The translations under genes were made by a program, and so were the position numbers. This document shows positions 11,333-21,634 of a stretch of 59,454 nucleotides of DNA, in pieces. This DNA comes from Prasinococcaceae sp. CCMP 1430. Taxonomy: Eukaryota; Plantae; Prasinodermophyta. Under the pieces are notes generated by a model. That model saw only the letters and a list, made by a program, of their open reading frames with translations. It did not search any database and was not told the origin of the DNA. Positions within the stretch are counted from its first letter, which is position 1. Each line of letters begins with the position of its first letter. The stretch lies in contig RQSC01000032.1 in NCBI GenBank assembly GCA_013416795.1, forward strand, positions 853,566-913,019, given 5' to 3'.

Positions 11333-12529
11333 GGCGAGCGCGCCGCGCAGCTGCCGCCCGCCATGGAGCGCTGCTCGCGCGCTCTGGAGGCACTGCGCGG
11401 CGCCGGGCGCGCGGCGGCGCCGGGGCCCTCGCAGGCGGCGGCCTTTGGCTGCTTCGCGCAGAGCGCAGAGGCGCTGTTGGCGCTGCTGCGCGAGCACCGC
11501 CGCGCGCAGCCCCAGATGACGGCGCTGCTGCTCAAGACCATCGAGGAGACGGTCGACGCGCACGCCTCGAGCCTTGAGCCGCCGCAGCTCGAGCAGATGG
11601 TGCGCTTCGTGCAGGAGACGCTCACGGCGTACATGGGCGGCGAGCGCACGCTCGCCGACGGCGCGGCGGCCGGCGAGGGCGGCCGCCTGCACGCCGAGGC
11701 CAACGCGGAGGCCTACCGCGAGCTCAAGTCGCTGCTGCGCACGCTGTCGCACCTGTCGGCGCGCGACCTGACCAACGGCGGCAGCGAGTCGTGCGCCGGC
11801 GTGGCGCGGACGGTCTTCTTCGGCATCAACATGTTGCTGCCGCGCATCTCGTCGGAGCTGCTTGCCTTTCCCAAGCTCTGCCAGGCGTACTTCACGCTGC
11901 TGAGCTTCGCCTTCGAGGTGTACCCCGCGCACGTGTGCGCGCTGCCCCTCGAGTGCTTCGGCGCCCTCGCGGGGACCCTCGAGTACGGGCTGGGCCACGC
12001 GAACAGGCAGGTGTCCCATGCGACGCTGCAGGCCGTGGGCTCGCTCGCGCTCGTGCAGTGCGCCGCGCGCGGCGTCGTGGGCGTGAGCGTGGAGGGCGTG
12101 GCGAGCGGGCGGTCGCAGGGGCTGCCGCCGGCCGCGTCGGCCGACGGCAGGCCGCTGCTGGCGCACTTCCTGCGCGCGCTGGTGGGGCGGCTGCTGGGCG
12201 TTGCGAGTCGAGGGGCTGCTGCTGCCACCCCTCAAGGGGGGGGCGAGTCGGTGGGCTCGGCCGAGGCGGAGCGCGACTTCGCCGAGTGCGCGTCGGACGC
12301 CATGCTGGCGCTCGTGCTCGCCGAGCAGGCCGCCTTCGGGGAGCTGTGCGAGGAGCTCGTCGCGCGTGCGCCGGACGAGGGCGGGCGGGCGCGCGCGAGC
12401 GCGGCGATGCGCGAGCTCGGCAGCGGCGTGGACGGCTCGCTGAGCAGGGGGGCGAAGCGCGCGTTCTCGGCGAAGCTGAAGGCGTGGGTGGTGGAGCTGC
12501 ACGCCTGCGGGGCCGGGTCGGTTCTGTGA
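11333..12529 (+). CDS. XPO4: Exportin-4-like protein, C-terminal ~400 aa only (5' part missing in assembly)
   Basis: VFFGINMLLPRISSELLAFPKLCQAYFTLLSFAFEVYP...LEYGL matches the recalled XPO4 C-terminal consensus; begins abruptly after the n. Confidence 0.75.
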   Translation, partial: GERAAQLPPAMERCSRALEALRGAGRAAAPGPSQAAAFGCFAQSAEALLALLREHRRAQPQMTALLLKTIEETVDAHASSLEPPQLEQMVRFVQETLTAYMGGERTLADGAAAGEGGRLHAEANAEAYRELKSLLRTLSHLSARDLTNGGSESCAGVARTVFFGINMLLPRISSELLAFPKLCQAYFTLLSFAFEVYPAHVCALPLECFGALAGTLEYGLGHANRQVSHATLQAVGSLALVQCAARGVVGVSVEGVASGRSQGLPPAASADGRPLLAHFLRALVGRLLGVASRGAAAATPQGGGESVGSAEAERDFAECASDAMLALVLAEQAAFGELCEELVARAPDEGGRARASAAMRELGSGVDGSLSRGAKRAFSAKLKAWVVELHACGAGSVL

Positions 12530-12802
12530 GTGAGCTCCGCTGAGGGCGAGCGCGCGCCCTCTACGCGCTGGGGGATGGACCCGTCCGGGCTGTCCTCGGG
12601 ACGAAGGCGCTGCGGTGCCGGTGGCGGGGGTGGTGCGGCCGCGGCGCGTTTCGGGACGGTGTACAATACAATGCAATATAACACCGCCGGTCCGTCCACT
12701 GCGCGCGGCGACGGCCTGAGCACGTCCGACGACGACGTGGGCGCGTTTTTGTTGTTGTGATTGCTGCTGCTGCTGCTGCTGCTGGGCGCGCGTTCGGCGG
12801 AG

Positions 12803-14060
12803 TCATTGCGCGCGGCCGAGGAAGGCCTTGAGCGCGTCCTCGTTCGCGTTGGCGAGCATGCCCTCGGCCACCTGGTCCGCGTTGAGGCGGTACACCGCCG
12901 TGCTCCAGCTGCCGTCGGCGCCCAGCACGATCTCGCGCCAGCCGGGCATCGACTCGGTGTCCAGCTTGATGCCTTGGGCGTGCTTCAGGTACTGATGGCA
13001 CGAGCTCGGCGCGACGAGCATCATCGCGTTGTCGCCATCGCCGACGCGCTCCTCGAGGGGCGCGTGCAGGTGGCCGCCCACGACGGCCTCGACCGCCGGC
13101 GACTCGGCGAGCAGCGCCTCGAGCGCCGCCGCGCCGTCGCCGTTGAGGCAATGCCCCTCCCACCCGGAGCCGGGCGGCTCCATCGGGTGGTGGAGCACCA
13201 CCACGGCCTTCTCGCCGCGCTCCTCGGCGAGGGCCAGCTCGGCGCGCACCGCCTCCACCTCCGCGAGCCCGAACTCGCCCGACACGGCGCGTCCCTCCTC
13301 GTTGCCGTGCGACGAGGGCACCGTGCTGTCGAGCAGCAGGCAGCGCCAGCCGGGGCGCAGCGCCACGCTGCGCATGCGCGCGCTCGTCGCGCTCGGCCCC
13401 GAGGCGTCCGCGGCGGGCGTGTCCGGGCCCACCCAACCGGCGTCCGCGAACCTGAGCGAGCAGCGGCGATCCACGGCGTCAGCGGGGCGGGGGGAGAAAG
13501 GGGCGGGGAAGGCGCTCGTCTCGGGGCTCCAAAGAACGGCGGGGCGCATCATGATGGGCGAGAGGCGCGCGGAGGGGAGTGCTGGACGCAGGAGCGCTGG
13601 CGGGCGCGCCTTACCTGCGCTGCATGTAGGCGAGGTTCTTGACGTCGTGGTTGCCGGGCGTGTACATGCGCAGCTGCGTTTTGGAGGGGGGCGCGCCGAA
13701 GGCGTCCTCCACGGCCGAAACGAAGATGTCGTAGCTGCCGTCCGTGTTGTCGTTGGACACGTCGCCCGTGAAGAGCAGCGCGTCGGGCTGGCCGTCCGGC
13801 GCGGTGTGCAGCGCGTGCTCAGCCGCCGCCTTGAGCACCGCGCGCAGCGATGCCATGGGCGCGTAGCCCTTGTTCTCACGCGCGGGGTCGGCGAAGAGGT
13901 GGTTGTCCGTCACCTGTCGCACGAAGGGTTTGGGTCGCGCGTGCGCCCGGGAGGTCAGCGCGGGAGGCGGGGAGCTTCTCTCTGGAATAGTCGATCTTGG
14001 CACCCGCCACGCGGCGCGCATGTCGCGGCGCGCCGCGCGCGCTGTGGCGCCGCACCTCAT
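12803..14060 (-). CDS. cpdA: CpdA/Icc-like class III 3',5'-cyclic-nucleotide phosphodiesterase (calcineurin-like metallophosphoesterase); intron 13452-13614
   Basis: TDNH, TGDV, PGNHD, LHHP and GHLH metal motifs, plus CpdA-type C-terminus PSSCHQY...LDT..PGWREIVLGADG...T.VYRL. GTAAG donor and CAG acceptor restore the frame (QR|RFAD). Confidence 0.88.
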
Positions 14061-14201
14061 TTAGGGATTTAGGGTTTGCAAAAAAAAAAGCAAAAAATGC
14101 ATCGCTGCTCTGCACATAATACATACAGTACATCTTGGAAAAGGTATAGCATGCCCACGGGCGACTCCGCATTGGAGTCAAAAAATTGGGCAAAAAGTAA
14201 T

Positions 14202-14274
14202 CGACCACGCCGGGACTCGAACCCGGAATCCCCGCCTTCGGAGAGCGATGCCTTATCCATTAGGCCACGCGGTC
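14202..14274 (-). tRNA. trnR-CCG: tRNA-Arg (anticodon CCG), intronless, 73 nt
   Basis: GACCGCG acceptor stem, TGGCCTAATGG A-box, anticodon loop CT-CCG-AA, GGTTCGAGTCC B-box, TTTTT terminator just downstream. Confidence 0.96.
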
Positions 14275-14881
14275 TGCATAGTTTGGGTTCGAAAATTTTG
14301 TGAATAAGAAAGTAACGCATATTGGGGTTTGGGGCGGAGGGTTCGGAGCGCGCGCGCTCGCCCACGCGCGCAGATTCAAAGCCACGCGCCGCTACAGGTG
14401 GCGGCGACGCCGGCGCCAGACGCCGCGCGTGGCCCGCTGCCGCACGCGGGTGCGCCAGCCTCGCGCCTGCTCGCGCGCCCAAGCTCGCGCGCGGTCAGCC
14501 CCTCCACCCCGCGCCCCACCCCACCCCACCCCGCTCCCCGGCCGCGGCGGCCGCCGGCGCGCGGCGGCGCCCGGGGCCAGGGTCGCTCGAGGAAGGGGGG
14601 AACGACAACGGCGACGGGCAACGGCAACGACAGCACGGCAGGCAGCAGGCACAACTGACGGGCGCGACGGGGCACCGCAGCCCGCCCGCCAGCCAGCCAG
14701 CCGGCCGACCAGCCAGCCAGCCAGCCAGCCTGCCTGCCAGCCGGCGCCCTCGAGCGCACTCCCAGGACCCCGGTCGTCCGATGGCGCGGCGCCTGCGCCC
14801 GCAGAGCGGCCCTGTGTGAGGGGGGCGCCCCCCTCCCACCCACCCAGCGCCCCGCGCCCCGCGGCGGCGCGGCCGTCCGCG

Positions 14882-17800
14882 ATGGGGCTGGGGCGCCCGG
14901 CGCAGCAGAGCGCCGCCGGCGGGCGGGCGCGCGCACCCCTGTGGCGGCGCCTCCAACGCGCGTCGCTCTTCCTTCCCCCCACACACAGAAATGCGACCGC
15001 CGCCGTCTCGCGCCTGTCCGTCCGGAGCCTACTCCTGCCCTTTGCTTCTACCCCCCTCCTCCTCCTCCTCCTCTTCCTCCTCCTCCTCTTCGTGGCGACC
15101 GCGTCGGCCTCCCCCTCACACGCGCCCATAGCCGTGGACACGCACATCCTCGAAGAGACCCCTTCCGGCCTGCCGCTGCCTGCGGGCAAGACCATCCCAG
15201 CCACGCCGGGCGCGCTGGACGAGCTGGGGCTGATTGTGGACGGCTCCCCATCCGCCATCCGCCGCGCGACGTTCGCGTTCTACGCCACCGTCGACGGCAC
15301 GCGCTGCGCCGAGGCGACGACCGCCGGCTACGCGTGCGCGTTCGAGTGCCAGCTGGACTTCGCGGGGTACCAGCCTTGCGATCCGTCGAACACCTCCTTC
15401 GATCGCCTCGACGACGGCGAGCACGCGTTCTACGTGCGCGCGGCGGTGACGCACCCGGACGGCGTCACCGTCACGACCGACGCCTCGCCCGCGTACTACT
15501 ACTGGACGGTGTACAGCCACGTCGAGACCGCCATACCCGCCCACCCGGACACGTACGTCGCCGAGGGGCCGTTCGAGTTCGGCTTCGAGTGCAACAAGCC
15601 CAACGCGAGCTTCGAGGTGCAGCTCGACGCGCAGACGAGCTGGACCGCGCTGGACGAGCGGGTGGGCGAGTACTCGGTCGCGGACGGCGCGCTCGGCGAG
15701 GGCGCGCACACGCTGCGCGCGCGCTGCGTCGTGCACGACCACACCGTATCGCCGGGCGGCCTCTTCAAGGACGCGTCGCCCGCCGCGCACTCCTTCATCG
15801 TAGACCGCACCGACCCGCAGCTCGAAATCACCGGCGGGCCCGCGCACGGCTCGAGCGCGCTGCTCAACTTCACCACGCTCGCCATCTCTGCGGTGGATCT
15901 CGCGCCCTCCGGCGGCCCGAGCGGCGCCAGCGGCGTCGCGCGGGTCGAGTGCAGGCTCTCCAAGGACGACCCCACCGACGCCAGCGCACCCGCGCTCCTC
16001 CTCCCGTCGCCGCCGCTGCACGACTGGGAGACCTGCTCGCTGCCCTACCACGCCGTCGGCCTCCTCAGCGCCGGATCGGGCAACCTGACCTTCGCGGCGC
16101 GCGCGGTGGACAGGGCGGGCAACGTGGGCCCCACAGCGCGGCGCACGTTCTTCCAGAACTTCGACCTCCCCGCGCCTCCGCGCGTGTCGGGCCTCGCGCA
16201 CGCCGCCAACGTGACGACGCTCGAGGACCAGCTCACCCGCGCGTCGGACCTCGTCATCACGCCGGGCCGCGACCCCGCCAACGCCCACGGCTTCGCCGTG
16301 AGCGACGTCGTGGGCGGCGAGCTCTTCCTGTCGGACGGCAGCACGCAGCTGTCGGGCGGCGCGAGCGTCACCCTGGAGGAGGGCGCGGCCGGCCTCAGAT
16401 TCAGGCCGCGGCGCGACAGCTTCTCGGGCGACGCGCGCGGCTCGGCCTTCTCCTTCGACGTGCGCGGCGTCACGGACGACGGCGAGCAGGGCGCCGCGAT
16501 GCGCGTGACCATCCACGTCGTCTCGGTCCAAGACCCGCTCTCCTTCGCCGAGCCGCGGCAGTACTTCGCCCTGGAGCAGATCCTCAGCACGGACGCCGAC
16601 TTCATGGACGAGGGCACGGGCGTGCTTGAGCTCCTCAGGTACGGCGTCGCCTTCGCGAGCGCGGACAACCTCGGCATGGCCATCGTCGGCGTGGACGACT
16701 CCCTGGGCGAGTGGCAGTACAGGGTCGGGGGGATGTACGACGACTGGGTGGGCGTGCCCGAGGTCACCCCCAACCGCGCGCTGCTGCTGGCGGCGGACGG
16801 CGCCACGCGCCTGCGCTTCCAGCCCTCGCGGCGGAAGTGCAGGCTGGTGCCCGAGGCCCAGACGGCCTCGGTGACCTTCCACCTATGGGACAGGACCGAC
16901 GGCTTCGCGAGCGGGAGCTTCATCGTGAACACCGCCGAGTACGACGCCGAGGAGTACAACGCCTCCGCGCTGGTGCCATACGAAGACGAGGACGGCAACG
17001 AGGTCGACGAGCTCTTCTACGTGGACCCCGCGCTCGCCACCGGGGCGCACGGCGACGGCGCGGGGCCGTACACGGCCGCCACGGGCGTCGCGAACGTCCG
17101 CGTCGGCGGGCTCGACGCCGCCGCCACCAGACGGTCGGACTTCGAGGGCTCGGCGCGCGAGGCCCGGGCGGTGGCGGCGGCCGCGGGGTGCCCGCCGGGG
17201 CACGGGGGGGCGCTGGCCATCTCCGCGACGCCGGCGACGGAGACCTACCGGGGGCTGCAGCGCTCGGCGGACACGCGCGTCAGCCTGCAGCCGCCAGGCT
17301 ACCTGCTGCCGGACATGAGCCCGCCGTGGACGCTCGAGGTCTGGGTGAGGCGCACCGCGGCGCTCACCACGAACGTGCTCACCGCCTCCGCCCTCGGCGA
17401 GCGCCACATCGACCTCGAGGCCGCGCCCGGCACGGGCTCGCCCGGCTTCCACGTCGACGGGACCACGTACTCGTTCGACGAGTACGAGCTCCCACTGAGC
17501 CGCTGGGCGCACCTCGCCTTCGTCGCCAGCGTGGATGGCGCCGCCGGTCCGGCGCGGACGCTTTTGTACGCCGACCTCGAGCTCGTGGGCGAGGTGAACA
17601 GGACCCTGCACCTGCCGCTCGCGTCCCTCGGTGCCGCAAACATGACCTCCGCGTTCGAGGTCGACGACGTGCGCGTGTGGTCCGAGGCGCGGACGGCGGT
17701 CGAGCTCGACGCGTACTACGACGCGCGGCTGGATGGCGAGGTGCGCGCGCGCGCCCCAAGCCGGCCTCGCCCCGGCGCGTCTCTCGTCACGCGCCACGCA

Positions 17801-20800
17801 AAGGCGCCTCCGCCGCCCTCCGCGCCGCGCGCCCGCTGACGCCCCTTCTTCCCACGCACACGCCCCGACCCCCACCCCCCCCAACCCCCCACCCAACTCC
17901 TGCACACACACACGCGCACGCGCACACGCAGCACCACCCCGCGCTCGTGTCGGCGTTCCACTTCGACGAGGGCTGCGGCTCGGTGGGCGCCGACGCGGTC
18001 GGCGAGCGCTCCGTCGCGCTCAAGGGGGACGTGACGTGGGTGGAGGCGCGCGTGGCGTCGTGCGCGCGCGTCGACGCCATCACCCCGTCGCTCGTGCCCG
18101 CGTCGGGCGGCGTGATGGTCACGCTGCACGGCGAGGGCTTCGTGGCGGGCAGCGCGACGGCGGGCTGCGAGTTCGGCCCGAGCTCCGCTGGCATCACCGC
18201 GGCGGCGTACGTGCACAACTCGTCGACGGCCGTGTGCGCCGTGCCCCCCCACGCCGCCGCCGGCAGCGCGTCCATCCGGTACGCCGACGGCGCCGCGAGC
18301 TGCCGGAGCCGCGACTACGGCACGCAGCCGCACGTGGAGCACGCGAACAGCTTCACCAGCCCCGTCGACGGCGCGGGCGTCAGCGGCGTGCGGCTGGTCA
18401 AGGCGCAGGCGCTGGTCCTGTCGCACGACGTGGTCGGTGCGACCGGCGGCGAGATGGTCACGGTGCATGGGCGTGACTTCAGCTCGTTACGCGTCCGGGC
18501 GTGCGCGTTCACGCCCGCGGCCGCCGACGGATACGGCTCTGGGCACGCGAGCGGCGTGAGTGGCTCGCCGCCGGGCGCCCCCAGAGCCGCCGTCGCGCCG
18601 GCGCACGGCGCGCCCGCCTACGGGGCGCACGCGCTCGCGCCGGCGAAGGTCGTCTCCGACGCCATGATGGTGTGCGAGGCGCCGCGCGTGGCGTCGACGG
18701 CGGGGCAGGTCATGGCGCTCGGCATCGAGCTCGAGGGTGGCGCCGTGCTGCGCACCAGCCTCGTGCTGCGCTTCACCGCGAGTGAGGGCGCGCGGGACAC
18801 CGCGGCGCTGCTATCCGTCGCGCCCGTCTTCGGCGATGAGGGCGGCGGCAGCGTGGTCGACGTCGCGTTCGCGCCCACCACCAGGGCGTCCATGGCGCCC
18901 TCGGTGCCGGCGCTCTGTGGCTTTGGCTCGGTCGCCACCGCCGCGCTGCCACACGGGAGTGGGTACCAGTGCACGGCGCCCGCGGGCCCGCCCGGCGCGA
19001 CGCCCTTCCGCCTCGGGCGCCGGGGCATGCTCAGCCTGTACACGTGCGCGGCGGCTCTGCAGGGGAGCGCCGCGAGTGTGGGCGGCGGCGACGATGCTGC
19101 GTGCGATGCGAGTCAGCGCTGCTGCATGCACTTCACGCGCGTGCGCGCGCTGGAGGTCTTAGAGATCACGAGTTCCGTCGGGCTGTCGCAGCCCGCGTTC
19201 GCGAGCGAGCGCCCGGGCACCGTGGCGGTGTCGCTGCACGGCAGCGTGGATGGCCTCCTGCACGGCGGCAGTGCGCGCGGGCGCCTCTTCGAAGGATGCG
19301 CGAGCTCGTCCGGCACACTCGGCGACGCGTTCGCGTGCGTGCTTCCGATGCGCGCGCCGGGCTTCGCGGCGGTGAGCGTTGCGAGCGTGGCGGGACTGAC
19401 GCCGGCCGATCCGCAGAGCGGGGCGAATGCGCGCGCGAGCGTGTTCGAGCTTGACGTGCGCGTGCCACCGGAGGTGCTGTCGGTTGCGCCGAGCTCACCG
19501 CAGGTGGGGTCGCTCGTCGCCCTGCGCGGCCATCACATGCTCGCGAGCGGCGTGGGCGTCGGGGCACCGTCAGGCGTGGCGTGCGTCTTTGCCGATAGCG
19601 CACGCGTCGACTCGCCGCAGCGCACGCTCGTGCGCACGGGCGCCGCGCGCGTGCTCTCCTCCGTACTTGCGACGTGCGAGGTGCCTTTGGCGCTCGGCGG
19701 CTCCGGGGAGAGCTTCGCCCTCAGCCTCGCCTCGGTCAGCACGAGCGCGAGCGGCGGCAGCGCGGCTTCCGGCGACAACAGCGGTGCCATTGCTGCCATT
19801 ACCGCGCACTGGGGCACGCTGGTGTCTTCGCACCTGCGCGTCGCCCCTCGATTACACGCCGAGGAGCCCGCCAGCACTCCTCGCGTGGCAACGCCAACTC
19901 GGGGCTGGCAGAGGGTGGTGGCGTGGCGGCGCTCTCCGTGTCTGCTGTGCGCGACGCCACCGGCGGCGCGCCCGCGAGGGCGAGGGCGCGCCTGGACGGG
20001 GATGCCGGCCGGCTGCTGTGCCGCTTCGGCACTGTGTGGGTCGCGGCGTTTGAGACCAGAAACGGCGTGCGCGCGGACGCGGGCGCGGCCACGGACTCTG
20101 GTGACGGGCCCGTCGCGGGGAGCCACACCTGCATCGCCCCGAGCGCGACATCGGCTGTGACCCACACCGTTCCCCTCGCCGCCGCGCGCGCGAGTGACCC
20201 CGTCCGCACGGCGGTGCGCGTGCACGCGGAGGGCGGCGCGGGCACCGGCTATGCGTCGTACTCGTACCTCGCCGACCCTTACGACGACGATCTTGCGGTG
20301 ATCGCGCGTGGCGGTGACCCCGACCTGCTTGTGCAGCCCTCCGAGGATGCCGCTCTGGCGCACGCAGGCGCCGCGATGGTGAGCGTGCATCTGCCGGGGG
20401 GCGCCTTCTTGTCCTCGCTCGCGCGCCTGAGCGCGACCTCCAGCGGTGCGGCTGCCGCCTCCGGACATTACGCCAGCCAGCTCGACGGGCGCGTGCCGCT
20501 CAGCTGCGCATTCGGCGCAGCAGTCGCGAGCGATGCGGCCAGGCTGGCGGCGGCGGGCGGCAGCGGCGTCTACGATAACGCCACGCTGGCGTGCGCGCTG
20601 CCGCCGCGCCCGCATGGCTTCGAGGCCGTGCGCATTGCCATCGCGGGGCGGCCGACGCACGTGTCGTTCGCATACGCGTACGAGCCCGCGCCGACCGTCC
20701 TGGGTGTTCTTGCGCGCTCCAACTTCACGTTCGCGCACGTGCGGCTCCAGGAGGGGTCGGCCGGCTCGAACGAGACCGCGGGCGCGAGCTCCTTCAAGGT

Positions 20801-20945
20801 CGTGAGCTTGCGCAGTGACCTGCACAACGTCACCGAGTACGTCGTCGGCGCCAACCTGCAGGCGTGCAGTGTGGGGCTCCAGCGCTCGCGCGAGCTGCTC
20901 TCGAGCGTGCTCGTCCGCTCGCTCGCGGGAGAGAGCCGATGCTGA
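14882..20945 (+). CDS. Giant (~1,960 aa) secreted/surface protein: N-terminal hydrophobic anchor, bacterial Ig-like repeats, cadherin/adhesin-like module, LamG, multiple IPT/TIG repeats; intron 17741-17931; apparent frame switch near 19870
   Basis: Poly-Leu segment. DGEHAFYVRA, EGAHTLRAR and FAARAVDRAGN Ig repeats. WQY...ALLL..D..RLRFQP...TFHLWDRTDG module. WTLEVWV...W.HLAFV...DDVRVW...LVSAFHFDEG (LamG). P.l.P..GG..VT..G...C.FG (IPT). Confidence 0.85.
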
Positions 20946-21634
20946 AGTGCCGAGGCCCATTCGTGTGTACAGTAGAGCAATCTTGGCCAATGCACAGCCA
21001 GACCTCCCCAGACGGGGAGCTGCGCGAACCCAGGCAGTAGTGTACATGTACAGTATGTACGTATTGTAACACTGATTTTGTACTACAGCACCATCACGAT
21101 GGTACCAGGTACATGTACCATGACAAAACACATTTCGATGTGTATTCCTAGGGGGTGGGTGCGGAAAATCGACTTTTCATCGGTCATGAGTGAAATACTC
21201 AACACGAGAATACGGGCGACGGCGCCGCCGCCGCCGCCGCCGCCAGCTGTGCTGGTGGTGCTGGCCTGCCGTGTGCCGTTGCCACCTGCTGCAGATCGCT
21301 CAAGCTCGAGCTCGACAAGAAGAAGTACTATGCCAAGCCCAGGCTGGCCGCCAAGAAGTGGGCGGGGTGGCGGGGGTGCTGCCTCTTTCCGCGTTTTTTT
21401 TTTTGGCCTCACCGAATTTCGTGCGCCAACGGGCGGCTGCGCGTGGAGATGACTGCGGGTGGTCATGCGCACCACACGGGCGCCACAGCGCGGGCGTAGC
21501 GCGCCGTGGCCGCGCGGCGGCGTGAGGGCAGCGCGGGCGAAAGCGGTGGTGCGAGGGGCGAGGCCCCTCTCCCTCGCGCTCCGTCCGCCTGCGCGCGAAG
21601 TGCGCGAGCAGAGCGAGCACCCCCACTACAAGCA

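Noticed and set aside
8998-12529. Golgin-exportin fusion or programmed frameshift
   Set aside because: The break coincides exactly with an ambiguous n and both proteins are truncated there, so an assembly join is more parsimonious
14060-14274. tRNA as the integration site of a mobile element carrying cpdA
   Set aside because: No integrase, duplicated tRNA 3' end or target-site duplication seen
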